Shown: one piece after another, positions 59,146 through 64,000 of the stretch | How the letters are laid out: every line of letters begins with the position of its first letter | Position numbering within the stretch: position 1 is the stretch's first letter | From: Sphingomicrobium sp. | Lineage (GTDB): Bacteria; Pseudomonadota; Alphaproteobacteria; Sphingomonadales; Sphingomonadaceae | Reading direction: 5' to 3' | DNA: 64,000 nt | Assembly (NCBI GenBank): GCA_035540475.1 | Contig: DATLGK010000001.1 | Coordinates: 3,989-67,988, forward strand | Made by a program: the position numbers and the translations under genes | Notes under the pieces: generated by a model | Told to the model about the DNA's origin: nothing | Database searches by the model: none | Seen by the model: the letters and a program-made list of their open reading frames with translations, nothing else

Positions 59146-59793
59146 TCAGTCGACCCTGCGGCCCGACCAGATCACGCGGCCGATGCACTTGATCTCGTCC
59201 AGCCCGCAGTCGGGCCAGTCGGGATAGGCCGGATTGTCGGACTGGATCGTCACCCGACCGCCGATCGGGTTGAGCGCGAGCCTTTTCACCACCAGCGCAT
59301 CGTCGATGCGCAGCACGTAGATGCCATCGCGGAGGCGCTCGCCGGAATCGCCGAGGTCAACCAGCACGTCGTCGCCGGGATTCAGAGTCGGCGACATGGA
59401 ATCGCCTTCGACGCGGACGATCGAAAGGTTGGCAGGACTGCTCGGCGTCAGCGCTTTCAGCCAGCGCTCGTCGAAGGCGAAATAGGGTTTGCCAAGCTCT
59501 TCGGTCACGATCGCGCCCGGTCCTGCGGAGACGGCAACGGGGTGGCGGTTCACGGTGACGAGGCCGTCGCGGCCGCGGCTTTCGTCCGGCGGCCCGCCAA
59601 GAAGCGTCTCCGGGATGGAGAAATAGCGCGCGAGCTTGCGCCGCTCTTCTTCCTTGAGGCGCTTGGGCACGCCGCGGCGGACGAACTGCTGAATATAGGC
59701 GGGGTTGCGCCCGAGCATCCGCGACAGGCCCGCGAAATCTTCGCCGCGCTCGGCACAAAGCCGCTGAAGGACCAGGCGGGGATCGAGTAGCAT
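59146..59793 (-). CDS. CI/LexA-like repressor (HTH + S24 peptidase)
   Basis: HTH LSRMLGRNPAYIQQF, Ala-Gly cleavage site VSAGPG, catalytic GDSM and VKRL, IGRVIW. Confidence 0.88.
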   Translation of the reverse strand: MLLDPRLVLQRLCAERGEDFAGLSRMLGRNPAYIQQFVRRGVPKRLKEEERRKLARYFSIPETLLGGPPDESRGRDGLVTVNRHPVAVSAGPGAIVTEELGKPYFAFDERWLKALTPSSPANLSIVRVEGDSMSPTLNPGDDVLVDLGDSGERLRDGIYVLRIDDALVVKRLALNPIGGRVTIQSDNPAYPDWPDCGLDEIKCIGRVIWSGRRVD

Positions 59794-59813
59794 TAACCGC
59801 TCCTTAGTACTGA

Positions 59814-59848
59814 TAGGAAAACGCCTAGACAAGTAGGAATTCGCTTGG
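59814..59848. promoter_or_regulatory. Putative tandem operators in the divergent promoter
   Basis: Palindrome TAGG-AAAACG-CCTA followed by a second degenerate copy, TAGG-AATTCG-CTTG. Confidence 0.5.
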
Positions 59849-59894
59849 AATGAACTGAGCTGCCGAGTCGCATGACACTACAAGGATACGACAC

Positions 59895-60071
59895 GTGCAA
59901 TTGCTTAGAGAGGTGGAGAAATTCCTGCGTCGCAGCGACACGACGCCTACCCGGTTCGGCCGCGATGCGGTGGGCGACCCCCGCTTCGTATTCGACCTGA
60001 GAAACGGCCGCGATCCCCGGCCCCGGACCGTCGATCGCGTCCGCGCCTATCTGCAGGCGGCCGCACAATGA
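59895..60071 (+). CDS. Cro-like small HTH protein (58 aa)
   Basis: Missing from the ORF track: MQLLREVEKFLRRSDTTPTRFGRDAVGDPRFVFDLRNGRDPRPRTVDRVRAYL; AAGGA RBS; divergent from the repressor. Confidence 0.8.
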   Translation: MQLLREVEKFLRRSDTTPTRFGRDAVGDPRFVFDLRNGRDPRPRTVDRVRAYLQAAAQ

Positions 60072-60403
60072 TGCGCCTGGCGATGTCACCGGCAGCCGCG
60101 GCGCTGATCCGGGCGCTGGTCGCGCGAGCCGCCGTCCCGCGCGATAGGGTTTTGCTTATCGATGCCGAGTCGGTCGACTGGCGCTCGCTGACCTTCAACG
60201 GCGAGCGCCATTGCCTTGCGCTGCGCGTCCGCGGACCCGCTTCTTCGCAGGCGGTCGCGCGCATGTGCGACGGCCTTGCCGATGCCGAGTTCAGCATTCC
60301 CGGGATCGTCGTCGCCGACATTGCGCTGGCAGAGCCGCCGGCGCGCTCGTCCGACGGCTCCATCGAGGTTTCGATCGAAGCGCTGACGATCAGCGAAGAT
60401 TAG
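60068..60403 (+). CDS. Conserved hypothetical protein
   Basis: ATGA-coupled to the Cro-like gene; DWRSLTFNGERH and IEALTI motifs. Confidence 0.75.
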   Translation: MMRLAMSPAAAALIRALVARAAVPRDRVLLIDAESVDWRSLTFNGERHCLALRVRGPASSQAVARMCDGLADAEFSIPGIVVADIALAEPPARSSDGSIEVSIEALTISED

Positions 60404-60909
60404 CGGAGCGCGCGGCGAAGTTCGGCGAGCGCGTCGGACAGCGCCTGCGACGCGTCGCCGGCACCCGATTGCTGGCCGAGATGGTTGTCGATGCGCGCCT
60501 GGAGCTGCCCGGGCGTTGGCATCGCCTGGCGGTCGAACAGCCGCACCACACGTGAGTCTGGGCCAAGCTCGGCGAGCACATCGTCAAGCACCAGCGGCTC
60601 CGGCGCGTCCGAGCCGCGATCGACCCGGTCGGCATCGGTCAGAACGAGCTCGGTCAGCGCGGCCGGGTCGATGGCGCGAAGATCGAAGACGGGCACCGGG
60701 AAGCGCGGGCGCGAGTCGAGCGCCGCGAGAGCCCTGACGCAGACGAGATAGGCAACCGCCGCGGCGCCACCGGTAAAGGCGCCGAGCGTCGGTTGCTCAA
60801 CCGTCGGGAGCCACCAATGATAGGCCGCGAAAGCCACGGCCGCGGCAAACACGGCAGCAGCCGCGCGCTCCACCCTGCGCTCGAGGCGCGTCGCTCGTTC
60901 GGCATTCAT
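60400..60909 (-). CDS. Hypothetical 2-TM protein
   Basis: Two TMs; SRVVRLF and DASQALSDALAELRRAL tail. Confidence 0.7.
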   Translation of the reverse strand: MNAERATRLERRVERAAAAVFAAAVAFAAYHWWLPTVEQPTLGAFTGGAAAVAYLVCVRALAALDSRPRFPVPVFDLRAIDPAALTELVLTDADRVDRGSDAPEPLVLDDVLAELGPDSRVVRLFDRQAMPTPGQLQARIDNHLGQQSGAGDASQALSDALAELRRALR

Positions 60910-60943
60910 GCCGCCGCCTTACGCGGCAATGGTTTCCACTCCG

Positions 60944-61525
60944 TTAGGCGGAGAGCACCCCCGCCCTTCGGATCCGGTCCGTTTCGGGCATATTCTCGAT
61001 CAGATCGATCAGCGCCCGGGTGAAAGGCTCGACGTCACCGGGTTCGCGGCTGGTGACGATATTGCCGTCGGTCACCGCAGCCTCGTCGACCACCTGTGCG
61101 CCGGCATTGCGAAGGTCGGTTCGAATCGAGTGCCAGCTGGTCGCCTTGCGGCCTCGCAGCAGGTCCGCCTCGATCAGCATCCAGGGGCCGTGGCAGATCG
61201 CGCCGATCGGCTTGTTGGAGCGGGCAAAGCTGCGGATCAGTTCGATGACATTGGCCTGCGTCCGCAGCTGGTCGGGATTGCGCAGCCCGCCGGGCAGGAT
61301 CAGCGCATCGAAATCCTCGGCGCTTGCTTCATCGACGGTCATGTCGGGGCGGATCGTCTTGCCCGGATCGTCGTGCACCGTCGCCTGGATGGGATTGCGG
61401 TCGAGCGAGGCGAGGACCACTTCGGCTCCGCTCTCCTGCAGCATTTGCCTGGGTCCAAACAGCTCCCATTCCTCAAAGCCGTCGGTCGCGACGACGAGTA
61501 TCCGCGCATCGGAAATTCGGGGCAC
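60944..61525 (-). CDS. PfpI/DJ-1-family (type 1 GATase-like) protein
   Basis: TDGFEE, LILPGG, nucleophile AICHGPW, TSREPGD; AGGAGG RBS before GTG 61525. Confidence 0.9.
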   Translation of the reverse strand: MPRISDARILVVATDGFEEWELFGPRQMLQESGAEVVLASLDRNPIQATVHDDPGKTIRPDMTVDEASAEDFDALILPGGLRNPDQLRTQANVIELIRSFARSNKPIGAICHGPWMLIEADLLRGRKATSWHSIRTDLRNAGAQVVDEAAVTDGNIVTSREPGDVEPFTRALIDLIENMPETDRIRRAGVLSA

Positions 61526-61589
61526 CGGAACCTCCTTCCTTCGCCGCTCGCTTATGCCTGCCAATGAGCAGAGTGAAGCGAGATGCGTC

Positions 61590-62621
61590 GTGCTGAGGCA
61601 CAGCAGCGACACCGAACCCGGGATCACGCGCAAGCGGATCGGCCGCTCCTGGGGCTATTTCGACGCCGAGGGCAATCGGATTACCGACCGCGAGGAAATC
61701 GACCGGCTGAATGCGATCGGCCTTCCGCCAGCCTATGAAAATGCGTGGTTTTGCGCAGATCCCGACGGCCACCTCCAGGCGACCGGCATCGACGCGCGGG
61801 GGAGGAAGCAATATCGCTATCATCCGCAATTTCGCGCACATCGCGAGCAGACGAAATATGACGGGCTGCTGGAGTTCGGCAAAGCGCTCCCCAAGCTGCG
61901 CCGGCGGGTCGAGCGCGACCTTCGGAAGCGCAAGCTCGGCCGCGAGACCGTCCTGGCCGCGATCGTTCGCCTGCTCGACACCGAATATATCCGCGTCGGC
62001 AACGAGGCCTATGCCAAGGAGAACAAGAGCTTCGGCGCAACCACGCTGCGCCGGCGCCACCTGCGCCGCAAAGGCCAGGCGCTGGTCATGCGCTTCACCG
62101 GCAAGGGCGGGATCACGCACGAGGTGCGCGTCACCGACAGCAACTTGAAGCGCATCTGCCGGCGCTGCCAGGAGCTGCCCGGCCAGCTGTTATTCCAATA
62201 TCTCAACGGCGACGGCGAGCCGAAGCCGGTCACTTCGACCGACGTCAACGCTTACATCAAGGAAGCGACCGGCGGCGATTTCACCGCCAAGCATTTCCGT
62301 ACCTGGAGCGCGAGCGTGATCGCGTTCGAGCAAATGCTCGAAAAGGCGGAGGACGCGCGGGTCAGCGTGCGCTCGGTGGTCGAGCCCGTCGCCGAGGCGC
62401 TTGGCAACACGCCCGCGATCAGCCGCAAATCCTATGTGCATCCAAAGCTTCTCGACGCGGTCAAGGAAGCGCCGCGCGACCCGCTCGACGGCATGGAGCG
62501 GCCAAGGGCCCGCAAGCGCCTGTCGAGCGCCGAGCTCGGGCTGCTGGAATTCCTCGCCCGCGGCGGGAAACGTAAGCGGCGAAAGGCGGCCGGCCTCGGC
62601 CAAGCGCAAGCCGCCGCTTGA
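61590..62621 (+). CDS. DNA topoisomerase IB (poxvirus-like bacterial type)
   Basis: HLQATG.DARGRKQYRYH; catalytic pentad IRVGN (R), GKGG (K), KHFRTW (R), LGNT (N), KSYVHP (Y). Alternative start 61554. Confidence 0.93.
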   Translation: MLRHSSDTEPGITRKRIGRSWGYFDAEGNRITDREEIDRLNAIGLPPAYENAWFCADPDGHLQATGIDARGRKQYRYHPQFRAHREQTKYDGLLEFGKALPKLRRRVERDLRKRKLGRETVLAAIVRLLDTEYIRVGNEAYAKENKSFGATTLRRRHLRRKGQALVMRFTGKGGITHEVRVTDSNLKRICRRCQELPGQLLFQYLNGDGEPKPVTSTDVNAYIKEATGGDFTAKHFRTWSASVIAFEQMLEKAEDARVSVRSVVEPVAEALGNTPAISRKSYVHPKLLDAVKEAPRDPLDGMERPRARKRLSSAELGLLEFLARGGKRKRRKAAGLGQAQAAA

Positions 62622-62653
62622 TTGGCGGCCTGCACGCCGCCAAGACGGTGGCG

Positions 62654-63745
62654 ATGGGGGCAGACGCGCTTAGCAGCTGGCTTGAAGCAAACCGCGACGG
62701 GCTCGTCGCCGGGCTGCTCGCCGGCCTTGCCCTGGTCGCGGTCATGCTGGTGCTGCGCAGCTACGGCCGAAGCGTGGTCGCCCGCGATCCGCTCGGGGTC
62801 GGCTGGCGCAGCCTGATCGGGCGAATCCTCGCCAAGACCAATGTCTTCTTCATGATCTTCACGGCGGCCGCGGTCGTCGCGACCTATGCCGAGCTTCCCG
62901 CGAGGGCCGCGCGGCTGATCGACATCGGCTTCGTCATCGCCTTCGCGATCCAGGGTGCGCTGTGGGGGCGCGAGCTCGTCCTTGGCGTGATCGGCCGCAA
63001 GGTAGCCGAGGAGAATGGCGCAGGAGCGCTCAGCAACGCGATGGCGCTGATCCGCGTGCTGATCAGCGTCGCGCTGTTCGCCATCGCCGGCATCCTGATC
63101 CTCGACAATCTCGGCGTGAACGTCACGGCGCTGATCGCCGGCCTTGGCATCGGCGGCATTGCCATCGGCCTTGCCGCGCAGGGCATCTTTTCCGACCTGT
63201 TCGCGGCGCTCGCCATCCTCTTCGACCGGCCATTCAAGAAAGGCGATACGATCCGCTACGGAACGAGCGTTGGCACGGTCGAGCGCATCGGGCTCAAGAC
63301 GACGCGCCTGCGTTCCCTGTCTGGCGAGCAGCTGGTCATGGCCAATACCAAGCTGCTCGAGCAAGAGATCCACAATCTCGCCGAGGGCAACAGCCGCCGG
63401 ATGACCCTGCCCTTCGGCCTCATTTACCAGACCCCGCCCGAGCAGCTCGAGCGTCTTCCCGAAATCGCTTCGCAGGCGGTGGGCACGCAGCGCGGCTGCA
63501 GGTTCGTGCGATGCGCGATGGTCGGGTTCGGCGCATCCAGCCTCGATCATGAGCTGGTCTACGACAATATGACGCTCGATCCGGAGCGGATGGCGGCCAA
63601 CCGCACGGCGATCATGATCGCCCTCATCAGAGCGTTCGCCGAGGAGGGAATCCAGTTCGCCTTCCCGATTGAGCTGAGCTTCACCGCAGCCCCCGACGGA
63701 ACGCTGATCATGCCCTATCCAGAGCCCTCACGGGACGAGGGCTGA
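62654..63745 (+). CDS. MscS-family mechanosensitive channel
   Basis: LIAGLGIGGIAIGLAAQ, DRPFKKGD, GTVERIGLKTTRLRSLSGE. Confidence 0.92.
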   Translation: MGADALSSWLEANRDGLVAGLLAGLALVAVMLVLRSYGRSVVARDPLGVGWRSLIGRILAKTNVFFMIFTAAAVVATYAELPARAARLIDIGFVIAFAIQGALWGRELVLGVIGRKVAEENGAGALSNAMALIRVLISVALFAIAGILILDNLGVNVTALIAGLGIGGIAIGLAAQGIFSDLFAALAILFDRPFKKGDTIRYGTSVGTVERIGLKTTRLRSLSGEQLVMANTKLLEQEIHNLAEGNSRRMTLPFGLIYQTPPEQLERLPEIASQAVGTQRGCRFVRCAMVGFGASSLDHELVYDNMTLDPERMAANRTAIMIALIRAFAEEGIQFAFPIELSFTAAPDGTLIMPYPEPSRDEG

Positions 63746-64000
63746 TGCCGATCGCCAGCCTTGAGGATATCCGCTCCCGCATCGGCGAAGAGGTCGGTGT
63801 TTCGTCCTGGCTGGTGGTCGACCAAAGCCGGATCGACGCGTTCGCCGAGGCCACCGAGGACCGCCAGTTCATTCACGTCGACCCTGCCGCAGCGGCGCAG
63901 ACGCCGTTCCGAGGGACCGTTGCCCACGGCTTCCTCTCGCTGTCCTTGCTCTCGCGCATGGGGGCAGAGGCGATGATCCTGCCCGAGGGATTGACCATGG
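63745..64000 (+). CDS. MaoC/NodN-family dehydratase (partial, runs off the window end)
   Basis: Manual translation MPIASLEDIRSRIGEEVGVSSW...FAEATEDRQFIHVDP...TVAHGFLSLSLL; TGATG-coupled to mscS. Confidence 0.88.
   Translation, partial: MPIASLEDIRSRIGEEVGVSSWLVVDQSRIDAFAEATEDRQFIHVDPAAAAQTPFRGTVAHGFLSLSLLSRMGAEAMILPEGLTM

Noticed and set aside
58694-60909. Intact prophage or integron cassette around the repressor and aac-like gene
   Set aside because: No integrase, att/attC site, tRNA or structural genes are visible, and the composition matches the host.
61020-61553. Long N-terminal extension of topoisomerase IB (also the extensions on gcvPA, gcvT, cpaC, petC, tamB and the TIGR02466 gene)
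   Set aside because: These are longest-ORF artefacts overlapping neighbouring genes or the riboswitch. Better starts with an RBS or coupling exist downstream.

Overview
High-GC alphaproteobacterial chromosome segment. Gene content, gene order and protein sequences point to Sphingomonadaceae (Sphingomonas-like); this is an inference. Left to right it contains: the end of an EPS/O-antigen cluster (EpsG/Wzy, GT4, a GT4-GT4 fusion, a GT2-like enzyme, a SAM methyltransferase); a double-retropepsin protease and two PilZ genes; an expanded gcvT-H-PA-PB operon under a tandem glycine riboswitch, carrying three methyltransferases and a TMEM175 channel; ispH-rnhA; a Tad/Cpa pilus cluster without cpaF or pilin; glyQS; two TraB/GumN genes; rplY-pth-ychF; a TPR-sulfotransferase/TonB-receptor/PAP2 unit near a Tyr/Gly-rich lipoprotein; petABC; glnA; putP; tamAB; an orphan CI/Cro-like switch coupled to a frameshifted AAC(3)-I-like gene; PfpI, topoisomerase IB, MscS and a MaoC gene. 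I recognised no rRNA, tRNA, CRISPR array, transposase or integrase. The best candidates for undescribed biology are the sulfotransferase-TBDR(-Tyr-rich peptide) module, the prophage-less CI/Cro switch, the methyltransferase-laden gcv operon, a Tat-signal CX5K LMW-PTP-fold protein and a putative L25 leader RNA. All family assignments come from motif recognition by eye, not database searches.
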